Positions 43,230 through 52,554 of a stretch of DNA of 64,000 nt are shown one piece after another. The stretch's first letter is position 1. Each line of letters opens with the position of its first letter. The stretch spans positions 64,001-128,000 of the forward strand of contig CAVWFS010000015.1 in the NCBI GenBank assembly GCA_963754315.1. Direction: 5' to 3'. The translations under genes were made by a program, and so were the position numbers. Below the pieces are notes generated by a model. It saw nothing but the letters and a program-made list of their open reading frames with translations, was not told the DNA's origin and did not search any database. The DNA comes from an uncultured Candidatus Rokubacteria bacterium. GTDB lineage: Bacteria; Methylomirabilota; Methylomirabilia; Rokubacteriales; CSP1-6.

Positions 43230-43673
43230 TCAGATCCCGAAGGGCCCCCGTGGCAGTGGTACGCGAAGAATGATGTCGAACAGCCAGAACGACCCCCAGG
43301 AGACGGCAACCGTGAGCAGGAGCGAGACGAGTATCCTTTGACGCTCCAGCACCAGCAAGAGGAAGAGAAGCACGGCAGCCATTGTGAGCCGGTAGCCGAG
43401 CCGCTCGAGTCCCCATGCCGCAAAGGCGCAGGCCGCAAAGATGGCGACGGCGTGCCGCCACTCGTCCCAGACGATGGCCGTGAAGCGCCCGCTCTCGGAT
43501 CTCACGGCGATCAGGATCACTCCGAAGAGGATCAGCAGAAGAGCGAGCAGGAGAGGCATGTAGGCTGGTCCTGGGCGCTGCAGCGAGCCCAGCGGGAACT
43601 GGCGGCTCTGCCAGACAGCGATCAGGCCAACGACGACCAGCGCGCCACCTGCCACCCGGTCGACGGTCAGCAT
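43230..43673 (-). CDS. tctB: Tripartite tricarboxylate transporter small subunit
   Basis: 4 TM segments, PGPAYMP, LERLGY, LRVPLPRG; between tctC and tctA. Confidence 0.82.
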   Translation of the reverse strand: MLTVDRVAGGALVVVGLIAVWQSRQFPLGSLQRPGPAYMPLLLALLLILFGVILIAVRSESGRFTAIVWDEWRHAVAIFAACAFAAWGLERLGYRLTMAAVLLFLLLVLERQRILVSLLLTVAVSWGSFWLFDIILRVPLPRGPFGI

Positions 43674-43684
43674 CACCGAGCCTG

Positions 43685-44662
43685 CTACCGCGCGCTCTCG
43701 ACCTTGCCTATTTTCTGGACCACAGCAGCCAGCTTGGCCGCATCCTGAGCCCACCACACGTTGAACTCGTCGGCGTCCATGTAGGAGATGGGGGTATCGA
43801 GCTTGGCGTGCGAGTTCACCACCTCCGGCTCCTTCACCGCCTGGCGCATGCCCTCCCGGAGAATCTTGATCACGTTGGGCGGGGTGTTGCGGGGCGCCAC
43901 CAGGCCCGCCCACGCCGAGTACTCGACATCGTAGCCGAGTGACTTCAGGACCGGGACGTCCGGATAGGCGCCGATGGGAGCGCTGCCCGTGTGGGCCAGG
44001 AGCCGTAGTTTCCCGGCCTTCATGTGAGGCGCGACCAGCGAGTTGGTGCTCATCACAACCTGGGCATGGCCGCCCAGGATCGCGTTCATCATTGGACCGC
44101 CCCCTGTCGTGGGCAGGTGGCGCATCGTGAGGCCCGCCGCCAGCAGGAACATCTCCATGGGCACGTGCGAGGCGCCGTAGAGGCCAGAGGAGGTGAAGAC
44201 GATCTCGCCCGGCCGCCGCTTCGCGTCTTCCACCAGGTCCTTCAGTGTCTTCCACGGAGCATCGACGGGGACGGTCAGGATCGAGGGTTCCGCGTTGATT
44301 CGCGCGATACCGGTCAGCTGATCGCGCGTGTACGTCGGCGGACGCCCGAACAGCTTGTCGACCTCCGGCAGTACGGACACACTCACGAGCGCCAGCAACA
44401 GGGTGTACCCGTCAGGCTTGCTCGTGGCCACGAACTGGTTGCCGACGGCGCCGGCAGCTCCCGGCTTGTTGGCGACCACCACGGGCTGCTTCAGGAGGCG
44501 CTCGAGGGCCAGCGCCACCGGACGAGCCGTGAGATCGGCCAGCCCGCCGGGCGGAAAAGCAACCACGATGGTGATGGGGCGTGTCGGATAGGGCTCCTGC
44601 GCTCCCGCTGGCTGAACCACTGCCGCCAAGAGAGCGGCCGTGGCGCACAGGGTTCGCATCAT
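43685..44662 (-). CDS. tctC: Tripartite tricarboxylate transporter binding protein (Bug/TctC)
   Basis: YPTRPITIVVAFPPGGLAD, NKPGAAG, KPDGYTL. Confidence 0.92.
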   Translation of the reverse strand: MMRTLCATAALLAAVVQPAGAQEPYPTRPITIVVAFPPGGLADLTARPVALALERLLKQPVVVANKPGAAGAVGNQFVATSKPDGYTLLLALVSVSVLPEVDKLFGRPPTYTRDQLTGIARINAEPSILTVPVDAPWKTLKDLVEDAKRRPGEIVFTSSGLYGASHVPMEMFLLAAGLTMRHLPTTGGGPMMNAILGGHAQVVMSTNSLVAPHMKAGKLRLLAHTGSAPIGAYPDVPVLKSLGYDVEYSAWAGLVAPRNTPPNVIKILREGMRQAVKEPEVVNSHAKLDTPISYMDADEFNVWWAQDAAKLAAVVQKIGKVESAR

Positions 44663-44812
44663 CGTCGGTCTCCTTCCCTACTCCCGACGTCTCTGACGTC
44701 AGGCGCCGCCTTCATGGGTCGCGCGAGACTAGCAGCGGGGCGCGCAGAGCGTCAAGGCCGACAGCATACGCCTGTTCCGTTGACGAGCCTGGCGCGCGGT
44801 GGACCGCTCTGC

Positions 44813-45562
44813 CTAGACCAGGCGTGCGCGCAGACGGGAGCTGATGCCGTCGACGACGACCACCATCATCACGGTGACCAGCAGCACGGTGGCCGCCGCC
44901 GCGTAGTCGATCATCCTGAGATACGTCTGCAGGTAGAAGCCAATCCCACCGGCGCCGACGAAGCCGAGGACCGTCGCCGCCCGGATGTTCGTCTCGAATC
45001 GATAGAGCACATACGACATGAACAGGGGTAGCACCTGGGGCAACACGCCAAAGCGCAAGAGCTGCAGCCGCGTGGCACCGGTGGCGGTGATCGCGTCCAC
45101 GGGCCCTGGATCGATGCCCTCGATGGCCTCGGAGTAGAGCTTGGCGAGCGAGGTGGTGGTATAGGCCACCACGGCGAGAACTCCGGGAAAGGGACCAAGA
45201 CCGACCGCCGCCACGAAGAGCAACGCATAGACCAGCGTGTCGACGCTGCGTAGCACGTTGAGAACGGCGCGCATCCCGTGAAAGAGTGGCGGCGGAGCCA
45301 CGTTGCGCGCGGCGAGGAACCCCAGGGGGAGCGCGAGGACGGCCGCGACGGCAGTGCCCAAGAGGGCGATCTCGACCGTCGTGAGGGCGCCGGCAAGGGC
45401 AGCGGGCAGCACACTCAAATCCGGAGGGAGCATGCGCCGGAGGAAATCGAGCATCCAGGGGATTCCCCGCGCGAGCCGCGCGGGATCGGCGCCAGTATCC
45501 CAGGCCGTCCAGATCAGCACGGCCGCTCCCACGACGAGGGTGACGGCTTGCCCGCGCCTCAC
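44813..45562 (-). CDS. phnE: Phosphonate/phosphate ABC permease
   Basis: AAVGLGPFPG, KLYSEAIE, ETNIRAATVLGFVGAGGIG. Confidence 0.9.
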   Translation of the reverse strand: MRRGQAVTLVVGAAVLIWTAWDTGADPARLARGIPWMLDFLRRMLPPDLSVLPAALAGALTTVEIALLGTAVAAVLALPLGFLAARNVAPPPLFHGMRAVLNVLRSVDTLVYALLFVAAVGLGPFPGVLAVVAYTTTSLAKLYSEAIEGIDPGPVDAITATGATRLQLLRFGVLPQVLPLFMSYVLYRFETNIRAATVLGFVGAGGIGFYLQTYLRMIDYAAAATVLLVTVMMVVVVDGISSRLRARLV

Positions 45563-46305
45563 GAGGAACGCTCGTCGCCGTAGATCGCCTGCGCGACCTC
45601 GGGAGTCACGGCCGCAGGCGGCCCGTCGAACCCGACACGTCCGGCGCGGAAACCCACGATGCGGCTCGCGTACGCGCGCGCGGTCTCGAGCTGGTGCTGA
45701 CTCACGACCAGGGTGAGACCTCGTTCGACGTTGATGCGGCGCAGGATGTCCATGATCGTCGCGGTGAGCTGGGGATCGAGGCTCGCCGTCGGCTCGTCGG
45801 CCAGGATCACGCCAGGGCGCTGGGCGAGCGCACGGGCAATGGCCACCCGTTGCTGCTCGCCGCCGGACAGGGTGTCAGCGCGACGCCCGGCGAGCTCCGC
45901 CAGCCCGACCTGCGCCAGGCACTCCTCGGCCAGATCCCGATCCCGTCGCGGAAAGCGGCCGACCAGGCTCGACCACGTGGGAAGATAGCCGAGGCGACCA
46001 GCCAGCACGTTGTCCAGTACCGACGCCCGGCGAACCAGATTGAACTGCTGAAAGATCATGCCGATGTGCCGGCGCACTTCGCGCAAGGCCGCGGCGTCGG
46101 CTCCGGTGACCGGCCGCCCGGCAACACGGATCGTGCCCGAGGTCGGCTCCACCAGCCGGTTGATGGACCGCAGAAAGGTCGTCTTGCCGGCCCCGCTGCG
46201 CCCGATGATCATCACGAACTCGCCCGGTCTGACCCTGAGATCGACGTCGGCGAGGGCAACCGTGCTGGGTGGGCGTACCACCGTGAGCCCCTCCACCTCG
46301 ATCAT
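45559..46305 (-). CDS. phnC: Phosphonate/phosphate ABC ATPase
   Basis: [40 protein letters not shown]. Confidence 0.9.
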   Translation of the reverse strand: MIEVEGLTVVRPPSTVALADVDLRVRPGEFVMIIGRSGAGKTTFLRSINRLVEPTSGTIRVAGRPVTGADAAALREVRRHIGMIFQQFNLVRRASVLDNVLAGRLGYLPTWSSLVGRFPRRDRDLAEECLAQVGLAELAGRRADTLSGGEQQRVAIARALAQRPGVILADEPTASLDPQLTATIMDILRRINVERGLTLVVSQHQLETARAYASRIVGFRAGRVGFDGPPAAVTPEVAQAIYGDERSS

Positions 46306-46369
46306 CACGGCTGACGGCTGCCGGCCCCGCCGCGCCCTCGGCGTAGCGGTTCTCCGAGGTGGCGCGGTC

Positions 46370-47254
46370 TCAGCGGGGTCGCACGCCGAGCAGGTCGACG
46401 GCGGCACGGACAGGGCCGTAGTCACCGTCGTCTGCTGGCTCGAAACCGTCGATATCGTAGAGTCGCTTGAGCAGCGGCGCGTACTCCGGTCCGTGCATCC
46501 GCAGGAGGGCGGACCGCACCTTGGCCACCACCGTCGGGTCGAGACCCGCGCGAGCGCAAATCCCGCTCTCCGGGATGGGTGGGCTCTCGGCGATCCACAC
46601 GATGCGCTCGCGTTCGACGGGATCCTTGATGTATTGCTCGCGGGCCAGATCGAACGAGGCAAGCGAGTCCACGTGACCGTTCAGGAGCGCCCGCATGCCA
46701 GCATCGTGCGAACCCGCGAAGACAACCTCGCGAAAGAACGTCTTGGGATCGCGATTCTGGACCAGTCCGCGCTGCATGAGGAGCACCATCGGATAGATGT
46801 ACCCCGATGAGCTGGCCGGATCGATGAACGCGATCGTCCGCCCTCGCAGCGCCTCCAGGGTGGCGAGCCCGGAGTCCTTCCGTACGTAGATCCGCGAGGT
46901 GAAGGTCGTCTTGCCGTGCCAGCGGTTTCTGACCACGATCATGGCCTTCGCCTCGCGATTGGCCAGGACGTAGCCGACCGGATGTGCGAAGGCCAGGTCG
47001 GCTGTCCCGTTTCTGAGCGCCTCCACCACGGCCGCGTAGTCGGCGGCCACCGTCACCCGCACCGGCATGTCCACCAGTTTGCCGAGCTTCTCCGCGAACT
47101 CCTGGCCCGTGGCCAGCAAGTCGGTGGGCTTTTGCGAGGGCGTGAGGACAAGATGAAGCGGCTTCTGGGCTTCCAGACGCGGTGTCCCGGCGAGCAGGAC
47201 GAGGACCGCCGCCGACAACCACACGGACACACGTTTCGCCATGACGAGGATCAT
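46370..47254 (-). CDS. phnD: Phosphate/phosphite/phosphonate ABC binding protein
   Basis: DYAAVVEAL, DPASSSGYIYP, FAGSHDA. Confidence 0.88.
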   Translation of the reverse strand: MILVMAKRVSVWLSAAVLVLLAGTPRLEAQKPLHLVLTPSQKPTDLLATGQEFAEKLGKLVDMPVRVTVAADYAAVVEALRNGTADLAFAHPVGYVLANREAKAMIVVRNRWHGKTTFTSRIYVRKDSGLATLEALRGRTIAFIDPASSSGYIYPMVLLMQRGLVQNRDPKTFFREVVFAGSHDAGMRALLNGHVDSLASFDLAREQYIKDPVERERIVWIAESPPIPESGICARAGLDPTVVAKVRSALLRMHGPEYAPLLKRLYDIDGFEPADDGDYGPVRAAVDLLGVRPR

Positions 47255-48097
47255 GCTACCGCATTCGGCTGACTGTGTCGGCGACCGACCGTCATGATGT
47301 GCGCCCCCACGCCGAGCATGGACGGCTCGCGCTCGACGGCACGCGCGGCCATCAGCAGGTGCTGGCGCCATCCGGGATCTGCCCAGCGCTGCGCGACATC
47401 GGCCAGGACCCATCCCGGCCCCTCGATGCCGACCGTCTCGACGATCTCGAAGCCGCCTTCGGCGACCTCGCGCTCCAGCTCCTCCGGGCGATGGAAGAAC
47501 GATGTGGTGAAGTAGTCGCGCGGGGTCGGGTTGCGATGCTGGCCGCTCCGGAGATCCTCTTCCACGATGCGGGCGGCAGTCGGATCCTCGAGGAGGCCCT
47601 CGAAGAGCCCGTCGAGGAGGGAAGCAAACCGGGAAACCCCGACCGCGAAGAGAAGCCCGCCCGGCCTCAGCACGCGCCAGGCCTCGCGGAGGGCGCGTAT
47701 GCGGTCCGTCCGCTCCGTCAGGTGATAGAGCGGTCCCATCAGGAGCACGGCGTCGGCGCTTGTGTCAGGTGACATCGAGGTGCCGGGCGTCGCCGAGCCT
47801 GACGCTGGCCAGGGGATGGTCGGGCTGGTTGGCGGATGCCCGGCGCGCCTGCTCGACGTGGAGCGGCGAGGCGTCGAGGAGGTGCACGGTGTGGCCCCGC
47901 GCTGCCAGCCAGCATGCATAGGCGCCGGGCCCACCGCCCACGTCCAGAATATCCTGAGGTAAAGCGGGCAAGTGGCGGAGCAACAACTCGCGCGTGCGCT
48001 CGGCTTCCAGCGGGCCGTGGCCGAGCGACAGGCGCTGCTCCTCCCGCCCCTGCCCGTAGTAGGCGAGGATCTCCGGCGGGACGCGGGGAACACTCAT
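47251..48097 (-). CDS. Class I SAM-dependent methyltransferase, frameshifted near 47770
   Basis: ILDVGGGPG and GDAR, then ADAVLLMGPLYHL and RVLRPGG in another frame. Confidence 0.85.
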
Positions 48098-49650
48098 GAA
48101 TCCGAGGGCCAGCGCTCGACGTCGGCTTCGGCCGCCGGCGGCTCGTAGTGGCGGAGCTGAAGATCCAGCACGTCCTCGCGCGCATCGGAGAGATCGCGCC
48201 CTGCCGCCTGGCGCTCACGTAAGCGCTCGCGCAGCACCGTCTCCGGCGCCTGGCACCACACGATTCGAAACGACGCAGCCCTGTCGCGCGCCAGCGCCCG
48301 GGCCGCCTCCCGCTCGGTCCGCCGGCCGAAGACCCCGTCGAGCACCACGCTCCAGCCCGCCTCCAGCAGCTCGGCTGCGATATGCAGACACGTGGCGTAG
48401 GTCCGCTCGGTCATGGCGGCCGTGTACAGGCCTTCACCGACTGCCCCTGTGTGGTGCTGATGCCACGGGACTCCCGCGAGCTGCTTGCGAACGGCGTCGG
48501 TTCGTACCACGATGGCGGAGGCGCCGTGGGCGATGCTGCGCGCTGCCGTCGATTTGCCGCTGGCGCTGAGCCCCGTCATCACGGTGAGCGTGGGAGCCCG
48601 GCGCCGGTCGGCATAGGAAGCCGCGAGGTCGAAATAGCTCCGCGCCCGTGATACCAGCGCCGCATGGTCTGCCCGATCAGGATCGACCGCTTGCAGACCG
48701 TACACCTTGCCCCGGATCCACGCGCGATACGCGCGGTAGAAGCCGAGCAGTGGGACGGCGCCGAAATCCCCGCTCGAATCCAGGTACGCGTTGATGAAGT
48801 CGAGGGCCAGGTCCGGGCGCCCGCTGGCGTCGAGATCCATGGCCAGGAAGGCGATCTCACTCGCCGTGTCGCCGTAGCGAAACCGGTGATTGAACTCGAT
48901 GCAGTCGAATACCTGAACGGGGTCCGTGCAGCACACGTGCTGTGCCTGGAGGTCGCCGTGGCAGTCGCGCACACGGTCAGCTCGCCGGCGCTCGGCGAAC
49001 CGCCGGCGCTGATCGCGCAGGGTGTCCCGCAAGAAGGTCCCCACGGTCGTGCGCGTGGCCGGGGTCAGTACCTCCGGCGGAAAATGCCCGGTCTGGGTGA
49101 GGCTCTCCTCCATGTTCCGCCGGATCACCTCCGGCCGACCAAAGCGGGCGATGGTCGGCCCGGAGGCCGCTGTCGCATGAAAGTCAGCGATCGTCCGACC
49201 GATATCCTCCAGCAGACGATGATCGGCGCCGGCTGTCTTCACGAGCTGGTCGAGCATGCGATCCGCCGGCAGGCGTCGCATCCACACCGCGACCTCCAGT
49301 GTCCGACCGGAGCCGCCCAGCCGATACGCCCCTCGTCCGCCGGTCACCGCGACGACGTCCAGATACGCCTTGGGCGCGAGCCGCTGGTTCAGGCGGACTT
49401 CCTCCCGACAAAAGTGTCGGCGCCGCGCCAGGGTCCGAAAATCGAGAAAGCCGAGGTTGACGGGCTTCTTGACCTTGTAGACATACTCACCAGCCAGGAA
49501 AACCCATGAGATGTGGGTTTCGATCAACTCCACGGAGGAGGGCCGGTGGGGATAGAACGTCGGATCCATGAAGGGGCGAACGCGGGCGGGCAGCGCGGGG
49601 TCCTTCCCCGGCGACCCCTGCCCCGCTGTCGCCCCGATCCCTGGTGTCAC
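48094..49650 (-). CDS. Bifunctional aminoglycoside-phosphotransferase-like / P-loop kinase (AAA_33-type) protein
   Basis: ETHISWV, YKVKKPV, DCHGDL, FDCIEFN; C-terminal GLSASGKST; GTG 49650 preceded by TACGAT at 7 nt. Confidence 0.88.
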   Translation of the reverse strand: MTPGIGATAGQGSPGKDPALPARVRPFMDPTFYPHRPSSVELIETHISWVFLAGEYVYKVKKPVNLGFLDFRTLARRRHFCREEVRLNQRLAPKAYLDVVAVTGGRGAYRLGGSGRTLEVAVWMRRLPADRMLDQLVKTAGADHRLLEDIGRTIADFHATAASGPTIARFGRPEVIRRNMEESLTQTGHFPPEVLTPATRTTVGTFLRDTLRDQRRRFAERRRADRVRDCHGDLQAQHVCCTDPVQVFDCIEFNHRFRYGDTASEIAFLAMDLDASGRPDLALDFINAYLDSSGDFGAVPLLGFYRAYRAWIRGKVYGLQAVDPDRADHAALVSRARSYFDLAASYADRRRAPTLTVMTGLSASGKSTAARSIAHGASAIVVRTDAVRKQLAGVPWHQHHTGAVGEGLYTAAMTERTYATCLHIAAELLEAGWSVVLDGVFGRRTEREAARALARDRAASFRIVWCQAPETVLRERLRERQAAGRDLSDAREDVLDLQLRHYEPPAAEADVERWPSDS

Positions 49651-49705
49651 GCGTGGTATCGTAGCGCGGCGCGGCCGTTCGCAGCGCATCGCAAGGAGAT
49701 CGAAC

Positions 49706-51250
49706 ATGATCGTACCGCTAACCCTCGTCGACTTCCTCGAGCGTGCTGAGCTGGCCTATGGAGATCGCGAGGCCATCGTGGACGAGCCGAATCCCCCCGG
49801 GGGAGGTTTAGGCAGGATCACATACGCCGACTTTGGCCGCATGGCCCGCAGCCTGGCCACCGCGCTCGACGATCTGCGGGTCGAGCCCGGCGCGCGCGTG
49901 GCCATCGTCTCGCCAAACGCAACCCGCTTCCTGGTGAGTCTCTTCGGCGTGAGCGGATATGGACGCATCCTCGTCCCCATCAACTATCGTCTGCGGACAG
50001 ACGAGATCGCCTACATCCTCGAGCACTCCAGGGCTTCGGTGTTGCTCGTCGACCACGAGCTGGAAGAGTCGCTCCGGCCACTGAAGGTGGAGCACCGCTT
50101 CCTGCTCGGCGCGGCCACGGACCCCATCCTGTTCGGCCGCCCGGACGCTCAGCCACGCCATTCGGTCACCGACGAGAACGCCACCCTCTCGATCAACTAC
50201 ACCTCGGGAACCACGGCGCGGCCCAAGGGGGTGCAGCTTACCCACCGTAGCTGCTGGCTCAACGCCGTGGTATTCGGTTGGCACGTGGGTGTCACCGACC
50301 GCGACGTCTACCTGCACACCTTGCCCACCTTCCACTGCAATGGCTGGGGCATGCCCTACGCGCTCACCGCCATGGGCGCTCGTCAGGTGATCATCCGAAA
50401 GATCGACGGCGAGGAGATCCTGCGTCGGGTGGAGTCGGAGGGGGTGACGCTCTTCAATTGCGCGCCTGCCGTCATCGCCGCCGTCCTCGATGCTGCCGCC
50501 GCTCGGCGCCAGCAGGGGCAGGGCACACCAGGGCGGGGGCGGGTTCGCATCGTGGTGGCGGGCGCTCCTCCGCCCTCGAAGACCATCGAGCGGGTCGACA
50601 CCGAGCTCGGCTGGGAGTTCATCCAGATCTACGGACTCACGGAAACGTCGCCGCTGCTCACCATCAACCGGGCACCACGGGAGTGGGACGGTCTACCCCC
50701 CGATGAGCGGGCGCGGCGCCTGGCCCGGGCCGGTGTGCCTGGTATCGGGGTCCGCATGACCGTGGATGGCGAGGGCGAAATCTTGGCTCGCTCCAATCAT
50801 GTGTTCGAAGGTTACTGGGACCAGCCCGAGGAGACGGCCAAGGCTCTGGAGGGGGATTGGTTTCACACGGGCGATGGGGGTCAGCTCGAAGGCCCGTATA
50901 TCGTGATTTCCGATCGCAAGAAGGATGTGATCATCACGGGCGGAGAGAATGTTTCCTCGATCGAGGTCGAGGACTGCCTCTACCAGCATCCGGCGGTAGC
51001 GGAGGCGGCCGTCATTGGCGTTCCCGACGAAAAGTGGGGTGAGACCATCAAGGCCCTGGTGACGTTGCGCCCGGATGGGCGCGTCACTGCTGAGGAGCTC
51101 GTGGCCTTCTGCCGCTCTCGCCTCGCCCATTTCAAGTGCCCCACCTCGGTCGAGTTCCGCGACGGCTTGCCGCGGACGGCCACTGGTAAGCTCCAGAAGT
51201 TCAAGCTTCGCGAGCCCTTCTGGCAAGACCGGACGCGGCGGGTTAATTGA
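49706..51250 (+). CDS. AMP-dependent acyl-CoA synthetase
   Basis: YTSGTTARPKG, FHCNGW, YGLTET, FHTGD, TATGKLQK; AAGGAG RBS. Confidence 0.92.
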   Translation: MIVPLTLVDFLERAELAYGDREAIVDEPNPPGGGLGRITYADFGRMARSLATALDDLRVEPGARVAIVSPNATRFLVSLFGVSGYGRILVPINYRLRTDEIAYILEHSRASVLLVDHELEESLRPLKVEHRFLLGAATDPILFGRPDAQPRHSVTDENATLSINYTSGTTARPKGVQLTHRSCWLNAVVFGWHVGVTDRDVYLHTLPTFHCNGWGMPYALTAMGARQVIIRKIDGEEILRRVESEGVTLFNCAPAVIAAVLDAAAARRQQGQGTPGRGRVRIVVAGAPPPSKTIERVDTELGWEFIQIYGLTETSPLLTINRAPREWDGLPPDERARRLARAGVPGIGVRMTVDGEGEILARSNHVFEGYWDQPEETAKALEGDWFHTGDGGQLEGPYIVISDRKKDVIITGGENVSSIEVEDCLYQHPAVAEAAVIGVPDEKWGETIKALVTLRPDGRVTAEELVAFCRSRLAHFKCPTSVEFRDGLPRTATGKLQKFKLREPFWQDRTRRVN

Positions 51251-51262
51251 TTAAATTGAAGG

Positions 51263-51530
51263 GGGGCCTCGAAGGGCCCCCTGGCCCCCCGCGCTCGGGA
51301 CGTCCCGGGGAACCCGTGACGCCCCTCGGGATTACGCGGCGATGCTGGGGCCTCGAAGGGCCCCCTGGCCCCCCAGCGCTCGGGGACGTCCCGGGGAACC
51401 CGTGACGCCCCTCGGGATTACGCGGCGATGCTGGGGCCTCGAAGGGCCCCCTGGCCCCGCGCTCGGGACGTCCCGGGGAACCCGTGACGCCCCTCGGGAT
51501 TACGTCGCGGTGTGGGGCCTCGAAGGGCCC
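51263..51530. repeat. Tandem array of 81-86 bp palindromic REP-like units (three full plus one partial)
   Basis: ggggcctcgaagggccc starts at 51263, 51347, 51433 and 51514; the intervening sequence is near-identical between copies. Confidence 0.92.
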
Positions 51531-51540
51531 AGTTCTACGA

Positions 51541-52119
51541 CTACTTGAGTTCGTCGAGGGTGAGGCGGAAGCTGGGCACGAAGGTGCGGAGGAAGTAGCG
51601 CACCTCGGGAAGGTCGATGCCTTCAACGCTTTCCCGAAGGACTTTCTCCGCCTCCACGAACTCCCGGTTTCCGGCGCTGGTCTCCTCCAGACACTTGATG
51701 TAGGCGCAGAGCTTGTCAGCGGCCTTGATAAGGTCCACGTAGGGGCCGTCAGCCGCGCCCGGCTCCAGGAGAGCCCGGTAGTCCGGCTGCAGGGCGGCTG
51801 GAAGCATGCCGAGCAGCCTTTCCCGAGCCACCCGCTCGATGACGTGGTAGGCACGTTCGATCTCGGGGGTGAAGTACTTCACCGGACGTGGCAAATCTCC
51901 CGTGAGCACCTCGCTGGCATCGTGGTAGATCGCCGCCACTGCCGCTCGCTCCGGGCTGACATCGCCAGCGAACAGCCGGTTGCGGATGACGGCCAGGGCG
52001 TGCGTGATCATCGCCACCCGCAAGCTGTGCTCCTGGATGTTCTCCGTCTGGGTGCTATGCATGAGTCCCCAGCGCTGGATGAACTTCATGCGGGCCATCC
52101 AGGCGAAGAAGTGGCTCAT
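51541..52119 (-). CDS. yfbR: 5'-deoxynucleotidase, HD family
   Basis: SHFFAWMARMKFIQRWGLM, ENIQEHSL, YHDASEVLTGD, ADKLCAYIKC. Confidence 0.9.
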   Translation of the reverse strand: MSHFFAWMARMKFIQRWGLMHSTQTENIQEHSLRVAMITHALAVIRNRLFAGDVSPERAAVAAIYHDASEVLTGDLPRPVKYFTPEIERAYHVIERVARERLLGMLPAALQPDYRALLEPGAADGPYVDLIKAADKLCAYIKCLEETSAGNREFVEAEKVLRESVEGIDLPEVRYFLRTFVPSFRLTLDELK

Positions 52120-52141
52120 CCGACGCCGCCCTTGGCCTCTC

Positions 52142-52519
52142 TCAGCGAGGCTTCAGTTCGATCATGTAGCCGTCGGGATCGCGCAGATATAGCGAGGGGC
52201 CGGTCCCGTAAGCGCCCCGCCGGCTGGCGATCCCGCCCTGGAGCTGCACGCCGCGCGCCTGAAGGTCAGAGGCCACCTTCGCCAGATCATCACAGTGAAT
52301 CGACAGACACACGTGATCGACACCCCCGGACCCGCGCGGACGTTCCGCGGTGATCGGGAGTAAATCGATGTAGTGCTCGCCGAAGCGCAGGTGGATGAGC
52401 GAGATCCGCTCGTTGACGTGATCGAGCGTACAGCCGAGGACGTCCTGGTAGAAGCGCTGCGAGGCTTGCTGATCGCGCACGACCAGCACCACGTGATCCA
52501 GACCAAGCGGGGTGAACAT
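52142..52519 (-). CDS. VOC/glyoxalase family protein
   Basis: LDHVVLVV, FYQDVLG, DHVCL, GAYG.GPSLYLRDPDG..IEL. Confidence 0.88.
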   Translation of the reverse strand: MFTPLGLDHVVLVVRDQQASQRFYQDVLGCTLDHVNERISLIHLRFGEHYIDLLPITAERPRGSGGVDHVCLSIHCDDLAKVASDLQARGVQLQGGIASRRGAYGTGPSLYLRDPDGYMIELKPR

Positions 52520-52554
52520 GGGCGCCTCCTGTTGGGACTCTGCCCTGATCATAC

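Noticed and set aside
44813..47254. Phosphite oxidation (ptx) or C-P lyase operon
   Set aside because: No PtxD-like dehydrogenase or phnG-M genes in the window
51263..51530. CRISPR array (also considered for 57498-57693)
   Set aside because: The sequence between the repeated motifs is itself repeated, so there are no unique spacers, and no cas genes are present
51243..51854. ORFs with repeated peptides such as RGVTGSPGRPERG
   Set aside because: Translations of the DNA repeat array overlapping yfbR; no independent coding evidence
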